Position numbers and translations under genes: made by a program. From a virus (Duplodnaviria; Heunggongvirae; Uroviricota; Caudoviricetes), in IMG/VR virus record IMGVR_UViG_2645727555_000007, positions 1-15,524 of that record: a DNA stretch of 15,524 nucleotides; one strand, given 5' to 3'. Position 1 is the stretch's first letter, and the number at the start of each line of letters is the position of its first letter. This document shows positions 8,016 through 15,524 of this stretch, one piece after another. The notes beneath the pieces were generated by a model. It saw only the letters and a program-made list of their open reading frames with translations. It did not search any database and was not told the DNA's origin.

Positions 8016-8166
8016 CACTCCCACATGGGGAAATCTCGGTATATGGGGCGACCGCCTTCTGGATGCACTGGAAACCTGTAACGCGGATAAACGGGCCATT
8101 GAATTACTGGAACAGCGCAGGCTGCAAAGACTGAACAACGAGGACAACAACCATGCTGAAAACTGA
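7846..8166 (+). CDS. o-spanin (Rz1/LysC-like outer-membrane lipoprotein), overlapping the i-spanin in another frame
   Basis: Signal peptide with lipobox LLTGC, a Pro-rich mature region and a C-terminal Cys. It starts inside the i-spanin gene in a different frame and extends beyond it. The start is GTG 7846 (GGAGAGG upstream) or ATG 7876. Confidence 0.7.
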   Translation: MNSYATILQKMNAPTLCLTLVLLTGCADTQNAPRPAPSVRLIPQTLTIPVTPPPFPDTPTWGNLGIWGDRLLDALETCNADKRAIELLEQRRLQRLNNEDNNHAEN

Positions 8167-8620
8167 TTCCCTGCGTGAAGCCATGACCCGTTCATGCCGA
8201 TGGTGTCAGGCTAACCCGGAAAAATTCACCATTTTCGTGGAGAGCGGCAACATTGAAACGACAGGAGAAACCCCATCGTTTGTTTACCGCTATCAGATGG
8301 TGATGTTTGTCATGGATTACGCCGGGGAGCTGGACGACCTCACGCTGCCGCTGCTGGCGTGGTTATCAGAAAATCAGCCACAGTTGTTGCTCAATCCGGA
8401 GCGTAATCAGGACATCAAATTCTCCGCCGTTATCAATGACGATGACAGCGCCGATCTCCTGTTTACGCTCCCTCTGCGGGAACGCGTTCGCATCACGCGC
8501 AGCAGTCAGGGCACGCCGCAGGCAGAACACCTGCCGGAGCCAAAACCCCGCCTGCCATCTTCCGAAGGCGACTGGTCGCATGTATTCCAGGATGTGACGT
8601 GGGGTGAAAGCGATGGATAA
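8153..8620 (+). CDS. R: Tail completion protein, P2 gpR-like
   Basis: 155-aa ORF, the same length as P2 gpR, in the conserved position after the lysis genes. Confidence 0.8.
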   Translation: MLKTDSLREAMTRSCRWCQANPEKFTIFVESGNIETTGETPSFVYRYQMVMFVMDYAGELDDLTLPLLAWLSENQPQLLLNPERNQDIKFSAVINDDDSADLLFTLPLRERVRITRSSQGTPQAEHLPEPKPRLPSSEGDWSHVFQDVTWGESDG

Positions 8621-9248
8621 GGCATTCACCCGCGTGGATGAAACCTTTGAGGCCATCCGCGACAGCCTGAATCAGCAGGCCATCAATAACATTGCCAGAA
8701 AGCTGGCACAGGATTTACGCCGCGCCCAGCAGGCGCGCATCCGGTCACAGAAAGCGCCGGACGGGACCGCGTGGACACCACGCAGACGCCGCGTAACCCG
8801 GATACAGGAACGCATTCGCTTTATCTGGAATAACGAAGCACGCACGCTGAAAAACTGGCATCACGACACGGGGAAATACGGGCGAACCATTACCGGGTGG
8901 GATGAGGATAAAAATAATATCCGCACGTTTTACCGGGATGACATCGACCGTTTTCTGGAAATACGCACCCGGCGCATCAACCAGGACAGCACAAAGCACG
9001 TCCCCATGTTCGTAAAACTGCGCACCTCCCGCTACCTGAAAGCCCGTGCGGATGCTTCCGGTGTGACGGTGGGTTACAGCGGCGTGGCCGCACGTATTGC
9101 ACGCGTTCATCAGTTCGGTGAGCGCGATCAGGTTGCGCCGGGCATTTTCACCGATTACCCGGTACGTGAGCTGTTGGGCATCAGTCAGGCAGATGAACGC
9201 CTGATTTATAACACGGTGCTGGGCCGGATTGCGGAGGCTGTACGGTGA
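8613..9248 (+). CDS. S: Tail completion / virion morphogenesis protein, P2 gpS-like (longer than canonical)
   Basis: Positional equivalent of gpS, with the ATG at 8613 overlapping the R stop (alternative GTG at 8604). About 211 aa against about 150 for P2 gpS as I recall it. Its stop overlaps the V start. Confidence 0.7.
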   Translation: MDKAFTRVDETFEAIRDSLNQQAINNIARKLAQDLRRAQQARIRSQKAPDGTAWTPRRRRVTRIQERIRFIWNNEARTLKNWHHDTGKYGRTITGWDEDKNNIRTFYRDDIDRFLEIRTRRINQDSTKHVPMFVKLRTSRYLKARADASGVTVGYSGVAARIARVHQFGERDQVAPGIFTDYPVRELLGISQADERLIYNTVLGRIAEAVR

Positions 9249-9826
9249 GCGCAGAACTCATGCGACTGCTGAGCAATATCATCCGCACCGGGATCATCTC
9301 TGAAGTTGATGAGAAGTCCTGGCGCGTGCGCGTTCGCAGCGGCGAACTGGAAACAGGCTGGCTGCGCTGGAACACCACGCGCGCGGGAGCCTTCAATGTG
9401 TGGCTGCCGCCATCACCAGGCGAACAGGTGGTAATTGCCTGCATTGGCGGCAATCCGGAAACCGCCATGATAATTGGCAGCCTGTGGAGTGATGCCAATC
9501 CGGCCCCCGGCAAAAGCCTGAAAGAAATCGTGATCAGCGCGCCGGACGGCGCGGTGTTCCGCTACGACGCGGACGCAGGCGCACTGAGCGCCAGCGGCAT
9601 GAAAACAGCCACCCTGCAGGCATCCGTCAGCGTGACACTGGATACGCCCGTCGTGGAATGCACAGACCTTCTGAGAACAGCGACGATTGACGTCACAAAA
9701 GGAGGAAAGATGAGCGGCAATATCACGCACAGCGGCGGCGATTTCACCTCAAACGGCATCACAGTGCATACGCATAAACACGGTGGCGTTAAAGGTGGCA
9801 GCGATTCGACGGGAGGCCCGCAGTGA
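9245..9826 (+). CDS. V: Baseplate spike/assembly protein, P2 gpV-like
   Basis: GTG start with GGAGG 7 nt upstream. N-terminal NIIRTGIISEVD and C-terminal HTHKHGG...GG match gpV as I recall it. Confidence 0.85.
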   Translation: MSAELMRLLSNIIRTGIISEVDEKSWRVRVRSGELETGWLRWNTTRAGAFNVWLPPSPGEQVVIACIGGNPETAMIIGSLWSDANPAPGKSLKEIVISAPDGAVFRYDADAGALSASGMKTATLQASVSVTLDTPVVECTDLLRTATIDVTKGGKMSGNITHSGGDFTSNGITVHTHKHGGVKGGSDSTGGPQ

Positions 9827-10173
9827 CAACCCGCTACACAGGAATGAATCCGGACGGAACGGGAAACCTGAACGATATGGAGCACCTGAAACAGTCAGTC
9901 AGGGACATCCTGACCACCCCGCTGGCAAGCCGGGTTATGCGACGGGAATATGGCAGCCTTGTGCCCGATTTAATTGACGAACCCATGAATAACACCACAC
10001 GTCTGCAATGCATGAGTGCTGCCGTGATTGCGCTGACACGATGGGAACCCCGCATTGCCCTGGATGCCATCGACGTTGTCTGGAAGGCAGGAGGCCGCGC
10101 CAGGGTGACGCTGTCAGGTACTGTCATGCAGACCATGCAGAATGTTGAATTAACCATCACGCTGAGAGAGTAA
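9823..10173 (+). CDS. W: Baseplate wedge protein, P2 gpW-like (gp25 family)
   Basis: 116 aa (P2 gpW is about 115 aa). GTG start overlapping the V stop, with GGGAGG upstream; conserved position. Confidence 0.85.
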   Translation: MTTRYTGMNPDGTGNLNDMEHLKQSVRDILTTPLASRVMRREYGSLVPDLIDEPMNNTTRLQCMSAAVIALTRWEPRIALDAIDVVWKAGGRARVTLSGTVMQTMQNVELTITLRE

Positions 10174-10176
10174 ATC

Positions 10177-11073
10177 ATGCCCGCCGTTGACCTTTCACAG
10201 TTACCGGACCCCGCCATCATCGCGGAGCCTGACTTTGAGGCAATTCTGGCTGACACAAAGGCCATGATGATTGCGGCTTATCCCGCCGAACAACGTGAAG
10301 CCGTCTCCGCCGCGCTGGAGCTGGAATCGGAACCTCTGAACGTTATCGCCCAGACAACAGCGTTTCGTGAAATGCTGTTACGCCAGCGGGTCAATGAGGG
10401 TGCACGCGCCTGCATGTTAAGCCACAGCGCCGGGACAGACCTGGACAACCTCGCAGGCAATATGAACACAAAGCGCCTGGTTATCACTCCGGCAACGGAT
10501 ACCACCGACGCGGTGATGGAAAGCGACACCTCGCTGAGACTGCGGGCGCAACGGGCGTACGACGGCCTGAGTGTTGCTGGCCCGTCAGGTGCATACGAGT
10601 ATTTTGCCCGCAGCGCCAGCGGTCTGGTGCGTGATGCGCGGGCTATCAGTCCGTCTCCGGCAAATGTGACGGTTTCCATCCTGTCCACTGAAGGCGACGG
10701 CACAGCAACGGAGGCGTTGCTTAATACCGTTCGCGCCGTTCTGAATGCAGAGGATACCCGCCCGGTGGCCGACCGCCTGACCGTACAGAGTGCCAGAATC
10801 GTGACATGGCGGCTGAATGCAAAACTGTACTTTTACCCCGGCCCGGAATCCGAACCTATTCTGGCTGCGGCGGAATCGTCGTTCAGGAAGTGGCTGGCTG
10901 ACCAGGGGCTTATCGGTCAGGACGTGGCGTTGTCCGCCATTGCTGCCGCACTGCATGTGCACGGTGTGCAACGCGTGGAGATAACCGAACCCACACAGAA
11001 TATGGCCATCAGCGACATACAGGCGGCGCGCTGTGAGTCGTTCACCATCAGCGAAGGTGGGCGCAATGAGTAA
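10177..11073 (+). CDS. J: Baseplate assembly protein, P2 gpJ-like
   Basis: 298 aa (P2 gpJ is about 302 aa); conserved position between W and I. Confidence 0.9.
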   Translation: MPAVDLSQLPDPAIIAEPDFEAILADTKAMMIAAYPAEQREAVSAALELESEPLNVIAQTTAFREMLLRQRVNEGARACMLSHSAGTDLDNLAGNMNTKRLVITPATDTTDAVMESDTSLRLRAQRAYDGLSVAGPSGAYEYFARSASGLVRDARAISPSPANVTVSILSTEGDGTATEALLNTVRAVLNAEDTRPVADRLTVQSARIVTWRLNAKLYFYPGPESEPILAAAESSFRKWLADQGLIGQDVALSAIAAALHVHGVQRVEITEPTQNMAISDIQAARCESFTISEGGRNE

Positions 11074-11596
11074 TTCGCTGTTACCACCATCAGCCAGCAA
11101 TTTCATGCGTTGCGCCGAAGCTGTCGGAGCGCGCATTACAAACATCCCGGTAGACCTCAACACACTGTGGTCACCAGATACCTGCCCGGTGCATCTGCTG
11201 CCTTATCTCGCCTGGGCATTTTCCGTTGACCGCTGGGATCGCAACTGGCCGGAAGAGACAAAGCGACAGGTTATTCGTGATGCATGGCTGATACACCGAC
11301 ACAAAGGGACCATCAGCGCACTGCGCCGGGCCATTGAGCCGCTGGGATACCTCATTCGCGTGTCTGAGTGGTGGGAGTTCGGCGGAGAACCGGGAACATT
11401 TACCGTTGAAGTCGGCACGCTGGACAGTGGCGTGACGGAGGAAATGTATCTGGAAATGGAGCGGTTGATTGCTGATGCCCGCCCGGTCAGCCGCCACATG
11501 ACAGGGCTGAATATCATTCAGGAAATTCCGGGGGATATTTTCGCAGCGGCGGCAACTTATGACGGTGAAGTCATTACCATTTATCCGGACGATTAA
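11066..11596 (+). CDS. I: Baseplate/tail protein, P2 gpI-like
   Basis: The ATG at 11066 overlaps the J stop and gives 176 aa, the same as P2 gpI. The track ORF from 11033 is an upstream extension of the same frame. Confidence 0.85.
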   Translation: MSNSLLPPSASNFMRCAEAVGARITNIPVDLNTLWSPDTCPVHLLPYLAWAFSVDRWDRNWPEETKRQVIRDAWLIHRHKGTISALRRAIEPLGYLIRVSEWWEFGGEPGTFTVEVGTLDSGVTEEMYLEMERLIADARPVSRHMTGLNIIQEIPGDIFAAAATYDGEVITIYPDD

Positions 11597-11598
11597 GC

Positions 11599-14148
11599 AT
11601 GAGTACCACAACACGTAAATTTAAAACCGTTATCACCGATACGGGTGCAAAAAAATTAGCTCAGGCAGCCGCGCCAGATGGTAAGCCTGTCCGCCTGACT
11701 CATATGGCCGTGGGCGACGGTGGCGGCACGTTGCCCACACCAGACAGTAAGCAGACCCGTCTGGTGCATGAGGTGTGGCGACATACTGTTAATCGCGTCA
11801 TCCTGGACGCAACACATCAGAACCGCATTATTGCGGAGCTGGTTATTCCTCCTGAAACGGGCGGATTCTGGATCCGGGAAATTGGTGTATTTGATGAGCA
11901 CGGCGATTTAATCGCGGTGGGCAATACTGCCGAAAGTTACAAGCCAGCCGTTGCCGAAGGGTCCGGTCGTGCACAAACATTTCGCACCATTCTGACCGTA
12001 TCCAGCACTGCCACCGTGGCGCTTACCGTGGATAACACCATGGTGATGGCCACAGTGGATTACGTGGATGACAAACTGAAAGAGCATGAACAGTCACGAC
12101 GTCACCCGGACGCCTCGCTGACCGCAAAAGGCTTTGTTCAACTCAGTAGCGCCACTAACAGCGTGTCTGAAACGCAGGCTGCAACGCCGAAAGCAGTAAA
12201 GGCCGCGTATGATCTTGCTAACGGTAAATATACTGCGCAGGATGCCACCACAGCGCGAAAAGGCCTTGTCCAGCTCAGTAGCGCCACCAACAGCACGTCT
12301 GAAACGCTCGCCGCAACACCAAAGGCAGTAAAAGCAGCCTATGACAATGCTGAGAAACGTCTGCAGAAAGACCAGAACGGTGGCGATATTCCAGATAAGG
12401 GCACTTTCCTGAACAACATTAACGCGGTCAGTAAAACAGACTTTGCTGATAAGCGTGGTATGCGTTATGTGCGGGTTAACGCTCCTGCAGGTGCAATATC
12501 TGGAAAATATTACCCTGTTGTTGTTATGCGTTCTGCTGGCTCAGTAAGCGAACTGGCATCAAGGGTCATTATCACCACGGCAACGCGAGCCGCAGGCGAT
12601 CCGATGAATAACTGCGAGTTTAACGGATTTGTTATGCCTGGTGGCTGGACTGACAGGGGGAGTTATGCTTATGGAATGTTCTGGCAATATCAAAACAATG
12701 AACGAGCCATCCACTCAATAATGATGAGTAATAAGGGCGATGATTTGCGCTCTGTGTTCTATGTTGATGGCGCTGCTTTCCCTGTTTTTGCGTTTATTGA
12801 AGATGGCCTGTCAATATCCGCACCTGGTGCTGATCTCGTTGTTAATGATACGACCTATAAGTTTGGGGCAACAAATCCGGCGACTGAATGTATCGCGGCG
12901 GACGTTATCCTTGATTTTAAGAGTGGCCGTGGTTTTTATGAGTCCCATTCGTTAATCGTTAACGATAACTTGTCGTGCAAAAAACTTTTTGCCACAGACG
13001 AAATTGTAGCGCGTGGTGGTAATCAGATTCGAATGATAGGTGGGGAGTATGGTGCATTATGGCGTAATGATGGCGCTAAAACTTACCTGCTGCTTACCAA
13101 TCAAGGTGATGTTTATGGTGGCTGGAATACATTAAGACCGTTTGCTATTGATAACGCAACCGGCGAACTGGTTATTGGAACCAAACTGTCCGCAAGTCTG
13201 AACGGTAATGCATTAACAGCAACAAAGCTGCAAACGCCAAGACGGGTTTCTGGTGTTGAGTTTGATGGTTCCAAAGATATTACTTTAACCGCCGCGCATG
13301 TGGCTGCTTTTGCCAGAAGGGCAACGGATACATATGCCGATGCGGATGGTGGCGTTCCCTGGAATGCCGAATCAGGCGCTTACAATGTCACCCGCTCTGG
13401 CGACAGCTATATTCTGGTTAACTTCTATACCGGAGTCGGAAGTTGCCGGACCCTGCAGATGAAGGCGCATTACAGAAATGGAGGTCTGTTCTACCGTTCC
13501 TCAAGAGATGGCTATGGTTTTGAGGAAGGCTGGGCAGAAGTTTATACCTCGAAAAATCTTCCACCAGAAAGCTACCCAGTTGGCGCACCAATCCCGTGGC
13601 CATCAGATACCGTTCCGTCTGGTTATGTCCTGATGCAGGGGCAGACTTTTGACAAATCTGCCTACCCGAAACTTGCAGTGGCTTATCCGTCAGGCGTTAT
13701 TCCTGATATGCGTGGCTGGACGATTAAGGGCAAGCCCGCCAGTGGTCGTGCCGTATTGTCTCAGGAACAGGACGGCATTAAATCGCACACCCACAGCGCC
13801 AGCGCATCCAGTACTAATTTGGGGACGAAAACCACATCGTCGTTTGATTACGGAACTAAATCCACAAATAACACCGGAGCACATACACACAACTTTGCTT
13901 ACAACAATACTTCAGCATACGCAGAAACTCCCGGTACCGGTGGTGGAATGCATGCAAGTAACACAAGCAAGACAGCAAGTAATCGTGTATTAAGCGCAGG
14001 AGCTCATGCTCACACAGTAGCAATAGGTGCGCATACACATACGCTCGCTATTGGTTCGCATACACACACCATTACCATTGCCGCTTATGGCAACGCGGAA
14101 AACACCGTAAAAAACATCGCATTTAACTATATTGTGAGGCTTGCATAA
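11599..14148 (+). CDS. H: Tail fibre protein (gpH position): P2-like N-terminus with a lambda Stf / T4 gp37-like His-repeat receptor-binding tip
   Basis: 849 aa. The N-terminal part is of the conserved P2-family H type; the middle has two tandem Phage_fiber_2-type repeats; the C-terminus has HxH motifs and ends ...[18 protein letters not shown], which I recall as the C-terminus of T4 gp37 and lambda Stf. Confidence 0.9.
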   Translation: MSTTTRKFKTVITDTGAKKLAQAAAPDGKPVRLTHMAVGDGGGTLPTPDSKQTRLVHEVWRHTVNRVILDATHQNRIIAELVIPPETGGFWIREIGVFDEHGDLIAVGNTAESYKPAVAEGSGRAQTFRTILTVSSTATVALTVDNTMVMATVDYVDDKLKEHEQSRRHPDASLTAKGFVQLSSATNSVSETQAATPKAVKAAYDLANGKYTAQDATTARKGLVQLSSATNSTSETLAATPKAVKAAYDNAEKRLQKDQNGGDIPDKGTFLNNINAVSKTDFADKRGMRYVRVNAPAGAISGKYYPVVVMRSAGSVSELASRVIITTATRAAGDPMNNCEFNGFVMPGGWTDRGSYAYGMFWQYQNNERAIHSIMMSNKGDDLRSVFYVDGAAFPVFAFIEDGLSISAPGADLVVNDTTYKFGATNPATECIAADVILDFKSGRGFYESHSLIVNDNLSCKKLFATDEIVARGGNQIRMIGGEYGALWRNDGAKTYLLLTNQGDVYGGWNTLRPFAIDNATGELVIGTKLSASLNGNALTATKLQTPRRVSGVEFDGSKDITLTAAHVAAFARRATDTYADADGGVPWNAESGAYNVTRSGDSYILVNFYTGVGSCRTLQMKAHYRNGGLFYRSSRDGYGFEEGWAEVYTSKNLPPESYPVGAPIPWPSDTVPSGYVLMQGQTFDKSAYPKLAVAYPSGVIPDMRGWTIKGKPASGRAVLSQEQDGIKSHTHSASASSTNLGTKTTSSFDYGTKSTNNTGAHTHNFAYNNTSAYAETPGTGGGMHASNTSKTASNRVLSAGAHAHTVAIGAHTHTLAIGSHTHTITIAAYGNAENTVKNIAFNYIVRLA
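12124..12345 (+). repeat. Two about 90-bp in-frame direct repeats (period 132 bp) inside H
   Basis: 12124-12213 and 12256-12345 encode (A/R)KG(F/L)VQLSSATNS(V/T)SET(Q/L)[12 protein letters not shown] with only a few nucleotide differences, seen directly. Confidence 0.8.
13999..14079 (+). repeat. Three tandem 27-bp coding repeats encoding G(A/S)H(A/T)HT(V/L/I)(A/T)I HxH units in the tail-fibre tip
   Basis: GAHAHTVAI / GAHTHTLAI / GSHTHTITI read in frame. Further HxH motifs lie upstream (KSHTHSA near 13781, GAHTHNF near 13876). Confidence 0.8.
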
Positions 14149-14747
14149 TGGCATTCAGAATGAGTGAACAACCACGAACCATAAAAATTTATAATCTGCT
14201 GGCCGGAACCAATGAATTTATTGGTGAAGGTGATACATACATTCCACCTCATACAGGTCTACCTGCAAATAGTACTGATATTGCTCCGCCAGATATTCCA
14301 GCTGGCTTCGTGGCTATTTTCAACAGTGATGAGGCGTCCTGGCATCTCGTTGAAGATCATCGTGGTAAAACGGTTTATGACGTGGCTTCCGGCGACGCGT
14401 TATTTATTTCTGAACTGGGTCCGTTACCGGAAAATGTTACCTGGTTGTCGCCGGAAGGGGAATATCAGAAGTGGAACGGCATAGCCTGGGTGAAGGATAC
14501 GGAAGCAGAAAAACTGTTCCGGAAACGGGAGGCGGAAGAAACAAAAAACAGCCTCATGCAGGTAGCCAGTGAGCATATTGCGCCGCTTCAGGATGCTGCA
14601 GATCTGGAAATTGCAACGGAGGAAGAAATCTCGTTGCTGGAAGCATGGAAAAAGTATCGGGTATTGCTGAACCGTGTTGATACATCAAGTGCACCGGATA
14701 TTGAGTGGCCTGCTTCCCCAGTGGAATCAAGGAGTAAACAAGCATAA
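14148..14747 (+). CDS. tfa: Tail fibre assembly chaperone, lambda Tfa-like (gpG position)
   Basis: 199 aa beginning [29 protein letters not shown]..., which I recall as near-identical to the lambda Tfa N-terminus. ATG overlaps the H stop. Confidence 0.9.
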   Translation: MAFRMSEQPRTIKIYNLLAGTNEFIGEGDTYIPPHTGLPANSTDIAPPDIPAGFVAIFNSDEASWHLVEDHRGKTVYDVASGDALFISELGPLPENVTWLSPEGEYQKWNGIAWVKDTEAEKLFRKREAEETKNSLMQVASEHIAPLQDAADLEIATEEEISLLEAWKKYRVLLNRVDTSSAPDIEWPASPVESRSKQA

Positions 14748-14840
14748 GGCTTTCATTTCAAACCATTGTAGTCCAGTTTTTTGTATAGTACCCTGCTCAT
14801 TTCGAATGACATGAGTGATTTGGAATTTCAGGGTGCCATT
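14748..14840 (+). promoter_or_regulatory. AT-rich intergenic region upstream of the cargo ORF (possible own promoter)
   Basis: Composition drops sharply here. A TATAGT -10-like hexamer sits at 14785-14790 and AGGG at 14830-14833 precedes the ATG at 14841. No convincing -35 at standard spacing. Confidence 0.2.
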
Positions 14841-15488
14841 ATGAATGTTATTTCATCATTAAAACAGCTTAACAGACAGCGAAATATTAAAACAAAAAAG
14901 ATAAAGACGAAGGCCAGACTGGCATTTCTAAAAATGCGATACAGAAGGAAAACATCATTACAGCCGGATAGTTATAAAACAGTGTGCATTTTCATGCACA
15001 TGCAGGCCATTGGTGACGGCATCGTTACCTCAGGGTTTATTAAACAACTTCAAGAATCCGGCATGGTGGTATATGTGATAGCACCTCCAAGAGTATCATT
15101 CCTCTTTACTGATATTGTTGGCGTGGATGCCTTTATTTCTTACGAGAAAAATAAATTTAACGAACTAAAAGCAAAGATAAAAAAACTGAATGTAGATCTT
15201 GTTGTTGACTTCTCAAATTTTGATAACACAGCGATAACCAGATTGCAAACACTACATTTACTTAAACCTAAACACTCTATCTGTTTTAATCATCCTGCCG
15301 TAACTATTTTTGATACAAATATAATCGATAATCGTTCCATTCACTCATCTGAAAGAATGAAAAAAGTTTTATCTTTACTAAAGATAAAAAATAATGATTA
15401 CGCTGCAGCGCTTAATTTTGACAACAAAATATATCGAGTAGGCAGCCTGACGGCTGCGGCTTGTCATGGTCTGCAATTACCGTTATAA
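14841..15488 (+). CDS. AT-rich cargo ORF at the P2 Z/fun-equivalent position: GT9 (heptosyltransferase-family)-like N-terminal Rossmann domain protein, function unknown
   Basis: ORF track 14781..15488 starts at TTG; the ATG at 14841 with AGGG upstream is the more likely start (about 215 aa). Roughly one-third GC by eye against over half in the structural genes. A Lys/Arg-rich N-terminal stretch is followed by KTVCIFMHMQAIGDGIVTSGFIKQLQESGMVVYVIAPP...NVDLVVDF, matching the GD...LK..FP...DxLV pattern of GT9 N-terminal domains (WaaC/WaaQ-like) from memory. Confidence 0.5.
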   Translation: MNVISSLKQLNRQRNIKTKKIKTKARLAFLKMRYRRKTSLQPDSYKTVCIFMHMQAIGDGIVTSGFIKQLQESGMVVYVIAPPRVSFLFTDIVGVDAFISYEKNKFNELKAKIKKLNVDLVVDFSNFDNTAITRLQTLHLLKPKHSICFNHPAVTIFDTNIIDNRSIHSSERMKKVLSLLKIKNNDYAAALNFDNKIYRVGSLTAAACHGLQLPL

Positions 15489-15524
15489 AAACAGGCAATG
15501 TCATTGTCTTTCAGGTGGTTATAT

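Larger units (their letters stand above)
1..15524. mobile_element. P2-like (Peduovirus-type) phage/prophage, late morphogenesis arm (Q through tail-fibre genes) plus start of cargo region
   Basis: Conserved P2 gene order Q-P / O-N-M-L-X-lysis-R-S-V-W-J-I-H-G with recognisable protein signatures in the translated ORFs; frequent start/stop codon overlaps typical of phage late operons. No integrase, att site or tRNA is visible, so integrated versus virion DNA cannot be decided from this window. Confidence 0.85.

Noticed and set aside
10585-11163. 192-aa minus-strand ORF
   Set aside because: Antisense to the conserved J and I baseplate genes, which leave no room for an independent gene; shadow ORF.
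13999-14079. Tandem 27-bp repeats that could superficially look like a mini CRISPR or VNTR
   Set aside because: They are in frame within the tail-fibre gene and encode the HxH structural repeat. There are no spacers of unique sequence and no cas genes.
14781-14840. TTG-initiated start of the cargo ORF as given in the ORF track
   Set aside because: TTG with no upstream ribosome-binding site is unlikely. The ATG at 14841 preceded by AGGG is preferred, though a later start (for example ATG 14932) cannot be excluded.
1-15524. tRNA genes, integrase or att sites, and IS elements
   Set aside because: No cloverleaf-compatible tRNA-like sequence, recombinase ORF or terminal inverted repeats with a transposase were seen. 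The window appears to lie wholly inside the phage late region plus cargo.

Overview
This window is almost entirely the late (morphogenesis) arm of a P2-like temperate phage or prophage from an enterobacterium, ending in an AT-rich cargo gene that is the best candidate for something new. Calls rest on reading the translated ORFs by eye and on remembered family signatures; no database search was run. Gene order follows P2: portal Q and large terminase P on the minus strand, then on the plus strand scaffold O, major capsid N, small terminase M, head completion L, tail protein X, a lysis cassette (holin, M15-peptidase-type endolysin, overlapping i-/o-spanins), tail completion R/S, baseplate V-W-J-I, tail fibre H and tail-fibre assembly chaperone. 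Adjacent genes often overlap at start/stop codons (ATGA/GTGA), as expected for coupled late operons. The tail fibre is mosaic: a P2-like N-terminus joined to a lambda Stf / T4 gp37-like histidine-repeat tip, followed by a lambda Tfa-like chaperone, with a visible drop in GC. After the chaperone stop (14747) the composition falls to roughly one-third GC and a single ORF (about 14841..15488) encodes a protein whose core resembles the N-terminal domain of GT9 (heptosyltransferase-family) glycosyltransferases. This sits where P2 carries Z/fun, a reported hotspot for anti-phage and lysogenic-conversion cargo, and the window ends 36 bp later, so any partner genes are not visible. The 5' flank (1..389) is non-coding and carries palindromes and hairpins; I could not place a cos site there.
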